Shown here in pieces: positions 1 to 10,202 of a stretch of 64,000 nucleotides of DNA; the stretch's first letter is position 1, and each line of letters begins with the position of its first letter. Source of the stretch: an uncultured virus (IMG/VR IMGVR_UViG_3300025789_000022) (lineage: Duplodnaviria > Heunggongvirae > Uroviricota > Caudoviricetes); IMG/VR virus record IMGVR_UViG_3300025789_000022, one strand, 5' to 3'. The position numbers were made by a program, and so were the translations under genes. The notes under the pieces were generated by a model. The model was not told the DNA's origin, did no database searches, and saw nothing but the letters and a program-made list of their open reading frames with translations.

Positions 1-2
1 TT

Positions 3-965
3 GCTGGTAACCTTGACGTTGTAACAAGTAATGAAAATGCACTTATCAGTGGCGTTGCTGCAAGTTATAATACAACAAGTGGTGCGATGCAAGTAGTAGG
101 TGGTATTGGTATTGGTGGTAACATTAATACTGGTGGATCACAAAATACATTTAGTGGAAATGTCACAGTTGCTAATCTAAGTGCAGTTGGCGGTAATGTT
201 TATGCAAGTTATGTAAATGCTGGAACTATTGGTAACAGCGGTGCTTATCTAACAGGAACCATTACAACTGCAGCACAAAATGCAATTACAAGTATTGGTA
301 CATTAACTGGATTGCAAGTAAGTGGTGCTGCTGGTTTTACTGGTGGTAGCGTAACATTTAACCCAACTAGTTCTTATAAATTAAGCCTTGGTACTGTTGG
401 AAATGTGCAAATAAGTGGTGGAACGGCGAGTCAATGGTTACAAACAGATGGCAATGGTAATCTAAGTTGGCAAACTATTTTTATTCCAGTTGGTGCTACT
501 GCAAGTGCTGGTCAAGTAGGTATCTATTCAAACGCAAGTTATATTACTGGTAATTCAAGTATAACATTTAATGGTGCAAACTTAGCAGTTACTGGTGGTA
601 TTACCGCAACTGGTGATATCACGGCATTTGCATCTGATGCAAGATTAAAAACTAATATTGCTACTATACCACAGGCTTTGGATAAGGTCAAGCAAATTAG
701 TGGTGTTATATATAATTGGAATGATATTGCTACTCAATTTGGTATTGGTGATAGTAGCGAACATGCTGGTGTGTTAGCACAGGAAGTTCAAAGTGTTCTT
801 CCACAAGTAGTGCGACAAGCACCGTTTGATATTGCGCCAGATGGCAGTAGTAAGAGTGGTGAGCATTATTTAACAGTGCAATATGACAAGATTATACCGC
901 TGCTAATTGAAGCAATCAAAGAACTTAGTGCAGAGGTTGAGGCATTAAAAGCAAGAGGTAGTTAA
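3..965 (+). CDS. Tail fibre, C-terminal part, with intramolecular chaperone (peptidase S74-like); 5'-truncated by window edge
   Basis: Frame open from base 3; fibre repeats, then GDITAFASDARLKTNI...GVLAQEVQSVLP...VQYDKIIPLLIEAIKEL and terminal coiled coil typical of S74 domains. Confidence 0.9.
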   Translation, partial: AGNLDVVTSNENALISGVAASYNTTSGAMQVVGGIGIGGNINTGGSQNTFSGNVTVANLSAVGGNVYASYVNAGTIGNSGAYLTGTITTAAQNAITSIGTLTGLQVSGAAGFTGGSVTFNPTSSYKLSLGTVGNVQISGGTASQWLQTDGNGNLSWQTIFIPVGATASAGQVGIYSNASYITGNSSITFNGANLAVTGGITATGDITAFASDARLKTNIATIPQALDKVKQISGVIYNWNDIATQFGIGDSSEHAGVLAQEVQSVLPQVVRQAPFDIAPDGSSKSGEHYLTVQYDKIIPLLIEAIKELSAEVEALKARGS

Positions 966-967
966 CA

Positions 968-2131
968 ATGCCATCTGTAGCAGGCGTCGCAGGCAATGCA
1001 CTACCTTTTAGCGGTCCTCTTGATTTAGCATCTATAAATGCAGAGTGGGGGTTGGGTGCAGACCTCACGCAATATCACGGTGTTAAATGGTATTATGATG
1101 GAAATCTTACTTTTGGTTATTTCAGCAGCGGTGTAAACTCAATAAAAATAAGTGATTTTTATGGAAAACGTGCAACTGACCCTGCTAGCGGCGGCGCATA
1201 TTTTGCAAATGTCAGTGGTAGTTTTTCTGTTCCGCTATATCGCAATAGTATTACCATAGAGATATGGGGCGCAGGTGGCGGCGGTGGCAGTGGTAATGGC
1301 GGTGGTGGTGGCAAAGGTGGTGATAGCAGTGCATTGGGTGTCATTACTGGGGGTGGTGCTGGTGGTGGCTCTGGCTCTATTCCTGTTCCTCCTCCACCAT
1401 TAGATACAGCTACAAGTGGCAGCGGAGGACGAGAAACAGTAGAAAGTATCAGTTATGTAGGTGGTGCCTATGGCATTCAAGGACAGACTGTTACATCTGT
1501 AAACGGTGTTGTTACTGGAACGGTTAGTTGGGGTGGAGTTGGTACGGTATCAGTTCAAGTTGGTGATCCTGCACCAAGTTCAGAACCGTCTACTTGTTTT
1601 GTTGCTGGTACTCCTGTTATGATGTATGATAGAACTTATAAATCAATTGAACAAATAAAAGTTGGTGACAGGGTTATGGGTGCATTTGGTGAAATAAACA
1701 CTGTTTTGCTATTGCGTCATACATTTATTGGTAATAGATACATGTATATGGTAAATGATGAACATTTAACAACTGAAGACCATATGCATGTTTCTTCTGA
1801 TAAAAAGTTTTATAGTTTTAATCCTGAAAGACAGAAAAAATCTTGGAATAAATGGTTACCTGTTTTAGACCAAACAGGCAAAGAAATTGAATATTTTAAT
1901 TTAGGATTTGAGTTGGATAGACTTAATAAATTAGAATTAGGTATAGAATTACAAACAGTAAATGGTGGTAAAAGATTAGTCACTGCAGAAAAATTAACCT
2001 ATGCAAATGATACCCCTTTGTTTAATTTGATCGTTGACGGCAGTCATACATATACCGCTAATGGATATGCAGTGGTAGGCGGACCAAGAGAAGATGATTT
2101 TAATTATGATACTTGGATGATTAAGGATTAA
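968..2131 (+). CDS. Gly-rich gp38-like adhesin N-half fused to a C-terminal Hint domain
   Basis: N-terminal ~140 aa align by eye with 2486..3340; Hint motifs TCFVAGTPVMM, TEDH, FNLIVDGSHTYTANG. Confidence 0.8.
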   Translation: MPSVAGVAGNALPFSGPLDLASINAEWGLGADLTQYHGVKWYYDGNLTFGYFSSGVNSIKISDFYGKRATDPASGGAYFANVSGSFSVPLYRNSITIEIWGAGGGGGSGNGGGGGKGGDSSALGVITGGGAGGGSGSIPVPPPPLDTATSGSGGRETVESISYVGGAYGIQGQTVTSVNGVVTGTVSWGGVGTVSVQVGDPAPSSEPSTCFVAGTPVMMYDRTYKSIEQIKVGDRVMGAFGEINTVLLLRHTFIGNRYMYMVNDEHLTTEDHMHVSSDKKFYSFNPERQKKSWNKWLPVLDQTGKEIEYFNLGFELDRLNKLELGIELQTVNGGKRLVTAEKLTYANDTPLFNLIVDGSHTYTANGYAVVGGPREDDFNYDTWMIKD

Positions 2132-2134
2132 ATT

Positions 2135-2479
2135 ATGTCAAACGGTAACGGTGGAAGTGGTGGAACAATTGGTGCAAATGCCAATCCAAGCATTGCAAAT
2201 CCAACCGTATTTGTATTTTTAAATGGAAATAGTGGTACGAACGGTTCTACTGCACAAAATACCAGTGCAAATAATGCTAATGTTGGTATAGGTGGTGGCG
2301 GAAGCAGTGCAAGTAATTCCTATGGCAGTGCAACAGGCGGATCGGGTGGTGCTGGCGGTTATGTTAAAATTACATACGGACCTGGTCAAATACCACAAGG
2401 CAACGTAATTGCCTATATAATTGGTGCGGCTGGTACAAGCAACGGCACTAGTGGTGGAATAAAGATTACTTGGAGTTAA
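2135..2479 (+). CDS. Gly-rich protein equivalent to the C-half of the gp38-like adhesin
   Basis: GGSGGAGGYVKITY...IGAAGT...GGIKITWS parallels GGSGAYANIYY...VGAAGT...GRIKFTWT of 2486..3340. Confidence 0.75.
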   Translation: MSNGNGGSGGTIGANANPSIANPTVFVFLNGNSGTNGSTAQNTSANNANVGIGGGGSSASNSYGSATGGSGGAGGYVKITYGPGQIPQGNVIAYIIGAAGTSNGTSGGIKITWS

Positions 2480-2485
2480 TGAACT

Positions 2486-3340
2486 ATGACAGGTCCAATT
2501 AAACCATGGGGTAATTCATTAGCAATAAGTGAAATCAATACTGGTTTTGCACTTGGTGATAATCTTGGTGTATATCGTGGTGTAACTTGGTATTATAGTG
2601 GAAATCTTACCACAGGAACCTTTCCAAGTGGTGCAACAGCACGCTTAGACGTTGCTAACTTTTATGGTAAACAACCAACTGATCCTGCAACTACTGGAAC
2701 AACTACTGTTGATACTGTTGGTAGTGGTACCTTTACCATACCACTTTATCGCAATACACTACAGATTGAAATATGGGGAGGTGGTGGCGGTGGTGGTAGT
2801 GGTAACCATGATGGCACGTTTAATGGAAGCAGTGGAACCTCTTCATCAGTTCTTGGAGTCACTGTAAATGGCGGCACTGGTGGAACTGGTGGAAATCGTA
2901 ATGGTACTCAAAGTGGCGGTGGAGGTGCAGGTGGTACTGCAAGCGGTACAGTTGCAAACGCATCCGTACTAACCAAAACAACAGGAAATGCAGGCGGCGG
3001 TGGAAACGCAGGTGGAAACGCAGGCGGCGCTGGCGGAAGTGCACCAAATGGTGGAACTGGTGGTTCTGCGGGTAGTAATAGTGTGGGTGGAACTGGTGGC
3101 GCACCTGGTGCGGGTGGTGGAGGTGGTGGATATAGTGACCATCAATCTAAAAATCCAAATCAAGCAGGTGGCGGTGGTGGTGGCAGTGGAGCCTATGCTA
3201 ATATATACTATAGCAGTTATGGCGCTATATCTTCTGGTACGGTTGTAAATTATACAGTTGGGGCAGCCGGTACTGGTGCACCCCAAGATCAGGCTGGTGG
3301 AAACGGTGCAAGCGGTAGAATCAAGTTCACATGGACATAA
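2486..3340 (+). CDS. Gly-rich putative tail-fibre adhesin (gp38-like polyglycine protein)
   Basis: Polyglycine tracts, position downstream of S74-bearing fibre. Confidence 0.7.
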   Translation: MTGPIKPWGNSLAISEINTGFALGDNLGVYRGVTWYYSGNLTTGTFPSGATARLDVANFYGKQPTDPATTGTTTVDTVGSGTFTIPLYRNTLQIEIWGGGGGGGSGNHDGTFNGSSGTSSSVLGVTVNGGTGGTGGNRNGTQSGGGGAGGTASGTVANASVLTKTTGNAGGGGNAGGNAGGAGGSAPNGGTGGSAGSNSVGGTGGAPGAGGGGGGYSDHQSKNPNQAGGGGGGSGAYANIYYSSYGAISSGTVVNYTVGAAGTGAPQDQAGGNGASGRIKFTWT

Positions 3341-3359
3341 ATATTTAAAAGGTTAACAC

Positions 3360-3707
3360 ATGGCAGAGAAACTTCATCTTAAAATTGTTGGATATGACGA
3401 TAATCATAATTTACTTGTATCATTTGCAACAGATGATAGTAAAAACACGGTTGATGAATATCCAGTTTATAGTTTTCAACCTCATCAATTTCTTGATAAA
3501 ACTGCAGATGAAATTATAGTTGAAATTGCAAAAATGGGTCTATCAACTGCACTCAACCAAGATGCACAAGAAACACATGCGGCAAATACTGGTAAGGTTA
3601 TTGATTTCCAAGATATGGTTGGAACTACACGAGAATTTGCTATTGCCAATATTACTCCAACTGAAGTTCCAATGCCAAATAGTTTAACTGATATTGTGGT
3701 AAAATGA
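3360..3707 (+). CDS. Hypothetical protein (tail-fibre associated)
   Basis: 115 aa ORF, TAAATA upstream, operon context. Confidence 0.7.
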   Translation: MAEKLHLKIVGYDDNHNLLVSFATDDSKNTVDEYPVYSFQPHQFLDKTADEIIVEIAKMGLSTALNQDAQETHAANTGKVIDFQDMVGTTREFAIANITPTEVPMPNSLTDIVVK

Positions 3708-4255
3708 CTGTACAAATAGGCGAACCACATTCTTTTGCAGATTTAAAGTTTAGAGTAAACACAACTGTTTATACAAGTGCTGGTGATTATATTACTAGAA
3801 AACTTAATAAAGTTGGGTTAAATCCAGACACCTATGCTCGTAGACATTATGTAACAAATGGTAAATTTATAAGTAATTTTCCTGATACAGATATATCAGC
3901 ACAAGTAGGTGAAACTGGAACGGTTTGGCCATTCACAGGAAACATCGCAACTGATACATTCACTATTACTGCGTTAGAGGATAATAGTTCATATGTTTGC
4001 GTGATACCAACTGACCCAAATTATCAAGTTATCCATGAAGTTCATGGTTTAGTTGCGGGTCAAGTATATGGAACTGCGACAGGAAAATGTTATATACCAA
4101 CTGTTGATTGTAATCTTTATAGTGGTGGACAATTAAATGCTGGTGGTGTATTAGTTTGCGCCAACAATGCGGACATTATAACACCACTTTCAAGTGGTTC
4201 AGTTATGGTATTTTCTGCAGTTGCTGCAAATCAAGATATTAATACCATAGGTTAA
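3704..4255 (+). CDS. Hypothetical protein
   Basis: ATGA overlap with previous ORF. Confidence 0.7.
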   Translation: MTVQIGEPHSFADLKFRVNTTVYTSAGDYITRKLNKVGLNPDTYARRHYVTNGKFISNFPDTDISAQVGETGTVWPFTGNIATDTFTITALEDNSSYVCVIPTDPNYQVIHEVHGLVAGQVYGTATGKCYIPTVDCNLYSGGQLNAGGVLVCANNADIITPLSSGSVMVFSAVAANQDINTIG

Positions 4256-4301
4256 TAAAATAACCAACGCCACCTAAATACTTCGTGGGAGTATTTTCAG
4301 C

Positions 4302-7300
4302 ATGAGCGGTGGTAATTTAACAAGAATTCGTAATAACCAAGTATACAATAGTGACATTTATGCATCAGCAAAATTGGTCGCTAAGAGTGTAACAGGTGGT
4401 TTGCTAAGCGATAACTTTACATATACAGGTAATATGACCATCGGTAACCTTACGGTTAACGGTAATACTACCACACTTGATACCACTAACCTTGTAGTTG
4501 CTGATCCACTACTTGCCATTAATAGAAACCAAAGCGGAACTCCTACATATGACCTTGGTTTCATCATGGGTCGTGGTAACCAAACCAACGTTGCTATGAT
4601 TTGGGAAGAAACTAATAAACAGTTCCAACTTCAGTATACATCAGAAAGTACTGCAAGTACAACCTACGGCACAATTAATAACAGTGGTTATGCTAACCTA
4701 CAAGCATATGGCATCTTACTAAACAATGCTTCTATTGGAACACTTACTGTAACTTCTTCATTACAGGCACCAAGTTTTACTGCAACTAGTGGTGGTCAGT
4801 TTATTGGTTATCATACTGGTGCTATTGGCGCAAATACTGCTAATAGCGGTGCGTTCACAACTCTTTCTACCACAGGTAATGCTACTATTCAGGGCAATAT
4901 CCTAGTAACTGGTAATATTATTCCAAGTGTTTCTAACACTTATTCATTGGGTTCATCTACCAATCGTTTTGCAAATCTATGGATTAAAGGCACAACAATT
5001 TATCTTGGTGCTATTGCAGTAAGCGATGGTGGCGGTTATCTTCAAGTAACTGATCCAAATACTAATTTACAACTTGGTATCCAAACTGCAAGTATTAATA
5101 ATACCATAATTGGTAATACTGGACCTGCTAGTGGTACATTTACAACTGCAAATGTTAACGGCACACTTTATGCTGCGACTGTAAATGCTGCGACAATTGG
5201 TAATAGTGGTGCTGTGTTTAGTGGCGCAACAAGCACACTAACTGGCGCAAGTCAGGCAGCAAGTTTTACTACAAGTGGTGGTGGACAAGTTACTGGTTAT
5301 ATTACTGGTGCAATTGGTGCAAATACTGCTAATAGTGGCAACTTTACAACTGTAGTTACTACAAGTAACCTATATGCTGGCGGTAATATTGTTGCTGCAA
5401 GCGGAACAAGTTCTACATCAACCACAAGCGGTGCGTTAGTTGTTCAAGGTGGTATTGGTGCAAGTGGTAACATTTATATTGCAGGTTCAACATATCTTGG
5501 AACTGCATTTAATTATACTCCGCAGTATGCAAAATTTCAACATGGTGACAATCAAAATAACTATGTGCAACTTGTTGTTCAAAATCAAAACAGCGGCAAT
5601 CAAGCAACAACTGATATTGTTGCAGTTGCTAATAATGGCAGTGATAATGATACTTTTATTGATATGGGTATCAATAGCAGCGGCTATAACCAAGCAGCAT
5701 ATAACCTCACTGGTCCAAATGATGGTTATCTATATATTACGGGCAATACAACCACTGGTGGTGGTAATCTTGTAATTTCTACGTATACATTAAATGATAT
5801 TGTATTTTCTCTTGCTGGTAGTGCTACCGCAAATGAATTTGCTCGTATGAGAGCAAATACAAATAGTTTTGTAATCAGTAGCACAACAAATTCTACATCT
5901 ACATCAACTGGTGCACTTCAAGTTCGTGGTGGTGCTGGTGTAAGTGGTAACCTTAACGTGGGAACTGCCAGTTACAGTCCAATTTATTATTATTCAAATG
6001 GCGTTAATATTCTTAATGCTATTACTGCAAGTGCATATAGCAACGCAAATGCTGCTTCTTATCTGCCAACCTATAACGGAAACATTGGCAATCTTGCTAC
6101 AGGTAATCTAATACCTCTGGCTAACACATCCTATTATCTTGGTAATAGCACAAATTATTATGCAAACGTTTATGCTAACAACTTTAATGCTATCACACAA
6201 CTTGCAACACCAAAGATTCAATTTACAGTTGGTGGAGCGTCAATAGTTGAAGATAACTCACTTGATTTGGCAATCGTTGGACCATATCAAATTAGTATTA
6301 AACCTGCTTCATATCAATATACATTTAACAATAACGGAAGTTTGAGTGGTCCTGGTGGAACATTTGTATATGCTAACGGTGCTATATATGGTAACATTAC
6401 TGCAACTGGCGCATATTGGGCAAACGGTGTTTCATTTGCATCAACAATTACTGGTACATACAGCAATAGCAATGTTAACTCATATCTTCCAACTTACACT
6501 GGAACACTATCACCAAGTAGTTTAACAACAAATAGTGGTGGTCAAGTAAGCGGTTACCTAACAGGTGCAATTGGTGCAAATAGTGCAAATACGGGTGCAT
6601 TTACAACTGTTACTGCAACTGGCGCACTGACTGCACAAGGAACTATTACTGGCGGTGGTCAGGTTGTTGGTTACTTTAATGGTGCAATTGGTGCAAACAC
6701 TGCAAATAGTGGTGTGTTTACAACGGTTACGGCAAGTGGTAATATTACAGCACAAACTGCAAACGTATATGGTGCTAACTTTGTTGCAAACACTGCGAGT
6801 TATAGCCCTGTTTACTATTATGCAAACGGTGTGAACATTCTTAATGCGGTAATTAATAGTGCTTATAGCAATACAAATGCTGCCGCATACTTAACAACTT
6901 ACACTGGTAACTTACTAGCAGGCAATATTACTGCGCTAAACAACATCACTGGTTATCTAAATGGAACAATTGGTGCAAATGCTGCAAATAGTGCTGCATT
7001 TACTACGGTAAGTATCACGAATGGCGCAAACTCTTATGGCAGCGGTCAAGGTGCGTTACAAATTGGTGGCGGTTTCTATGCTGGCGGTGATTCTTATATC
7101 AACGGTAACTTGCAAATAAAAGGCAACCTTACATCTGTTGGATATAGCCAATTAGTTGCTAATGCTCCGTTACTTTACCTATCAGTAGGTAGTATTTCAA
7201 CTTATAACTATGAACTTGGTTTTTATAGTCACAAATATGATGCAGTTGAAGGATATAACCATACAGGTGTCGTAAGAAACCATCTTGATAATTCTTGGTA

Positions 7301-10178
7301 TTTCTTTAGTAACGTTCGCACAGAACCAGATTCAACTGTTGATCTTGGTAACGCAAATACAGTATATGATACTGTAAAACTTGGTAATATCATTGCTTAT
7401 AGTGGCAATACTTCTACTTCTACAACAACTGGTGCTGCTGTAATTTATGGTGGTATGGGTGTTGGTGGTAACATTTATGCCTCTGCAATTCAAGGCACTC
7501 CAATTGGTAATGGTGTAGCATCAAGTGGTGTATTCACTAGTGTAACCAGCGTTGGTCAGGTTACAGGTTATCATACTGGTGCTATTGGTGCTAACAGTGC
7601 CAATAGTGGTGCATTTACAACTCTTACGACAACTGGTGGCGTTGCTTTCAATAGTAATGCTACTCTTACAACTGACCAAGCAACCGTTACCTTATTCAAT
7701 TTAAGTTCAACCACCATTAATTTTGGTGGCGCAGCAACAACCATTAGCATTGGTGCAAATACTGGTAGAACTACTATCAATAACGATGCGGCTGCGGATA
7801 ACTTCTATGCAACCGGCGGCGGTCAATTAGTTGGTTACCTAACGGGTGCAATTGGTGCTAACACTGCAAATACTGGTGCATTTACGAGTGTCACCGCAAG
7901 TGGTAATATTACTGCACAAACTGCCAACGTTTATGCTGCTAACGTAATTGGTAACACAGCACTTTACGGTGGTCAATATTATTGGACAAATGGTGTAACT
8001 CTTGCAAGTACTATTACTGGTCTATATGGTAACAGTAATGTCGCTACATACCTGCCAACTTATACTGGAACATTAAGCCCAAGCAGTTTAACAACTAATA
8101 GTGGTGGTCAAGTAACTGCATACCTAACTGGTGCAATTGGTGCTAACGTAGCAAACAGTGGTGTATTCACTACTGCTAACGTTAATGGAACACTTTATGC
8201 TGCAACTCTAAATGCTGCAACGATTGGAAACAGCGGCGCAACATTCAATGGTGCAAGTATTAATCTAACAGGTAATGCAAGTATTAATGCAATTAGTGCT
8301 TTCCAAGTTGGTAATACAAGTACAATTCTTGAAGGTACAATTGGTAGTGCTACTCCAAGTCAACCAAATATTACTTCTCTTGGAACACTAACATCACTTA
8401 CAGTAAGTGGTACTGCTGCTGCATCATCAATCAATGCGGGTACAATTGGAAATAGCGGTGCGGTATTCAACGGCGCAAGTATTAACCTAACAGGCAATGC
8501 AAGTGTTAATGCAATCAGTGCCTTCCAAGTTGGTAATACAAGCACAATCCTTGAAGGTACTATCGCTAGTGCCACCCCAAGCCAACCAAATATTACAAGT
8601 GTTGGAACGCTTACATCACTAACAACAAGTGGTAACATTACTGCACAAACTGCAAACGTATATGCTGCTTATATAGTAGCAAATACTGGTGCCGTGGCAA
8701 CCAACTTCTTCTATTCAAATGGAACAAGTATTGCTGCCACTATTGCCGCTGCTTCTTACAGTAACACAAATGCTGGTGCTTATCTTACAGTTTACAACGG
8801 TAATATTGCAGCAAACTATATCACTGCAGTTCGTGTTGGTAACAGCGGTACACTTCTAACTGGTACACTAACTACTAATGCTCAACCATATATTACTGCG
8901 ATTGGAACTCTTACTAACCTAACAGTTACTAATACAATTACTGGTAGTGTAAGTGGAAATGCAGGCACTGCAACAGCATTGCAAACATCAAGAAACATTA
9001 ACGGTGTCCCATTCAATGGTACAAGTGATATCACTGTCACTGTAGATGCTAATAACTTAACTGGTACAACTCTTGCAAGTGGTGTAACTGCTTCAAGCCT
9101 ACAAAGTGTTGGTTTCTTGAATGATCTCAGTGTCAACGGTAACATAAACACATGCAATAGTGTTATCACAAACAGTGTAACAGCAGGCGTTTATACACAA
9201 AACATTAGCACTTATGATGGTGTTGGAAATCTAAATGTTTATGTGCCACGCAATGCTAACCTAACAGTTAATGCTGCACAGGTTGCTGCAAATCTTGTAG
9301 TACATGGCAACAGTGCTGCTGGTTATCAGAACTTACTAGTTACCAGTGGTGCAACTGGTCAGGTTGGTATTAAGGTTGCTCCAAATGCAATTACTAGTGG
9401 TGCAAGTCTAGAGATTAACAGCACAGATAGTATTCAGATTCCAGTTGGTACAACTGCACAGCGTCCTACTGGTGCTGCTGGTATGATTCGTTATAATACC
9501 ACTAATGCTCAGTTTGAATATTTTAATGCCACTACCTCTACTTGGGTTGGAGCGCAAGGTGCTTATACTACCATTACTGAAAGTTCATTTACAGGTGATG
9601 GAAGCACAACTACATTTACATTAGCACAAAACAGCACAACAAACGGTACGTTCGTAAGTGTTAACGGTGTTCTACAAATTCCAACTACTGCATACAGTGT
9701 AAGTGGCAACGTACTGACATTTACAGAAGCACCAATATCAACTGATATTATTGATGCTCGTGTGGTTGCTGCTACGACAACAGTAACTGGTATTAGTGGA
9801 AGTACTGGTGGTAGTGCTGCAGTTCAAGCAAACAGCAGTGTTTATATCACTGGTGGTCTTGCAGCAGCAGTTAACCCAACAACGCTCACACAAAATACAC
9901 CAACTACCATTGATACGTTCCCAACATCAACTTATCGTGTTGCAAAGTATGTGATCAAGGTAAGTGATAGCACAAACGGTGTATATAGTGGAGCAGAACT
10001 TATTGTAGCACATAACGGAACTACGGCAACAAGTCAAGTTTACGGTGTAGTAAACACTGGTGCAAACGCACTTGCTACATTTAGTTCATCAATTAGCGGC
10101 GGCAACGTACTTGTGACCGCAAATACTTGGAGCAGCACGGCAACTGCTACAGTATTCCAAACTTATATGCCAGTATAA
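4302..10178 (+). CDS. Large tail fibre / virion structural protein (1958 aa)
   Basis: Repeats TGAIGANxANSGxFTT; IPVGTTAQRP and FTGDGSTTTFTL...VNGVLQ modules typical of T4-like structural proteins. Confidence 0.85.
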   Translation: MSGGNLTRIRNNQVYNSDIYASAKLVAKSVTGGLLSDNFTYTGNMTIGNLTVNGNTTTLDTTNLVVADPLLAINRNQSGTPTYDLGFIMGRGNQTNVAMIWEETNKQFQLQYTSESTASTTYGTINNSGYANLQAYGILLNNASIGTLTVTSSLQAPSFTATSGGQFIGYHTGAIGANTANSGAFTTLSTTGNATIQGNILVTGNIIPSVSNTYSLGSSTNRFANLWIKGTTIYLGAIAVSDGGGYLQVTDPNTNLQLGIQTASINNTIIGNTGPASGTFTTANVNGTLYAATVNAATIGNSGAVFSGATSTLTGASQAASFTTSGGGQVTGYITGAIGANTANSGNFTTVVTTSNLYAGGNIVAASGTSSTSTTSGALVVQGGIGASGNIYIAGSTYLGTAFNYTPQYAKFQHGDNQNNYVQLVVQNQNSGNQATTDIVAVANNGSDNDTFIDMGINSSGYNQAAYNLTGPNDGYLYITGNTTTGGGNLVISTYTLNDIVFSLAGSATANEFARMRANTNSFVISSTTNSTSTSTGALQVRGGAGVSGNLNVGTASYSPIYYYSNGVNILNAITASAYSNANAASYLPTYNGNIGNLATGNLIPLANTSYYLGNSTNYYANVYANNFNAITQLATPKIQFTVGGASIVEDNSLDLAIVGPYQISIKPASYQYTFNNNGSLSGPGGTFVYANGAIYGNITATGAYWANGVSFASTITGTYSNSNVNSYLPTYTGTLSPSSLTTNSGGQVSGYLTGAIGANSANTGAFTTVTATGALTAQGTITGGGQVVGYFNGAIGANTANSGVFTTVTASGNITAQTANVYGANFVANTASYSPVYYYANGVNILNAVINSAYSNTNAAAYLTTYTGNLLAGNITALNNITGYLNGTIGANAANSAAFTTVSITNGANSYGSGQGALQIGGGFYAGGDSYINGNLQIKGNLTSVGYSQLVANAPLLYLSVGSISTYNYELGFYSHKYDAVEGYNHTGVVRNHLDNSWYFFSNVRTEPDSTVDLGNANTVYDTVKLGNIIAYSGNTSTSTTTGAAVIYGGMGVGGNIYASAIQGTPIGNGVASSGVFTSVTSVGQVTGYHTGAIGANSANSGAFTTLTTTGGVAFNSNATLTTDQATVTLFNLSSTTINFGGAATTISIGANTGRTTINNDAAADNFYATGGGQLVGYLTGAIGANTANTGAFTSVTASGNITAQTANVYAANVIGNTALYGGQYYWTNGVTLASTITGLYGNSNVATYLPTYTGTLSPSSLTTNSGGQVTAYLTGAIGANVANSGVFTTANVNGTLYAATLNAATIGNSGATFNGASINLTGNASINAISAFQVGNTSTILEGTIGSATPSQPNITSLGTLTSLTVSGTAAASSINAGTIGNSGAVFNGASINLTGNASVNAISAFQVGNTSTILEGTIASATPSQPNITSVGTLTSLTTSGNITAQTANVYAAYIVANTGAVATNFFYSNGTSIAATIAAASYSNTNAGAYLTVYNGNIAANYITAVRVGNSGTLLTGTLTTNAQPYITAIGTLTNLTVTNTITGSVSGNAGTATALQTSRNINGVPFNGTSDITVTVDANNLTGTTLASGVTASSLQSVGFLNDLSVNGNINTCNSVITNSVTAGVYTQNISTYDGVGNLNVYVPRNANLTVNAAQVAANLVVHGNSAAGYQNLLVTSGATGQVGIKVAPNAITSGASLEINSTDSIQIPVGTTAQRPTGAAGMIRYNTTNAQFEYFNATTSTWVGAQGAYTTITESSFTGDGSTTTFTLAQNSTTNGTFVSVNGVLQIPTTAYSVSGNVLTFTEAPISTDIIDARVVAATTTVTGISGSTGGSAAVQANSSVYITGGLAAAVNPTTLTQNTPTTIDTFPTSTYRVAKYVIKVSDSTNGVYSGAELIVAHNGTTATSQVYGVVNTGANALATFSSSISGGNVLVTANTWSSTATATVFQTYMPV

Positions 10179-10202
10179 TAGCCAGCAGGGAGATATGGAA
10201 CT

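Noticed and set aside
1595..2131. Canonical splicing intein
   Set aside because: No terminal His-Asn followed by Cys/Ser/Thr; treated as a non-splicing Hint domain
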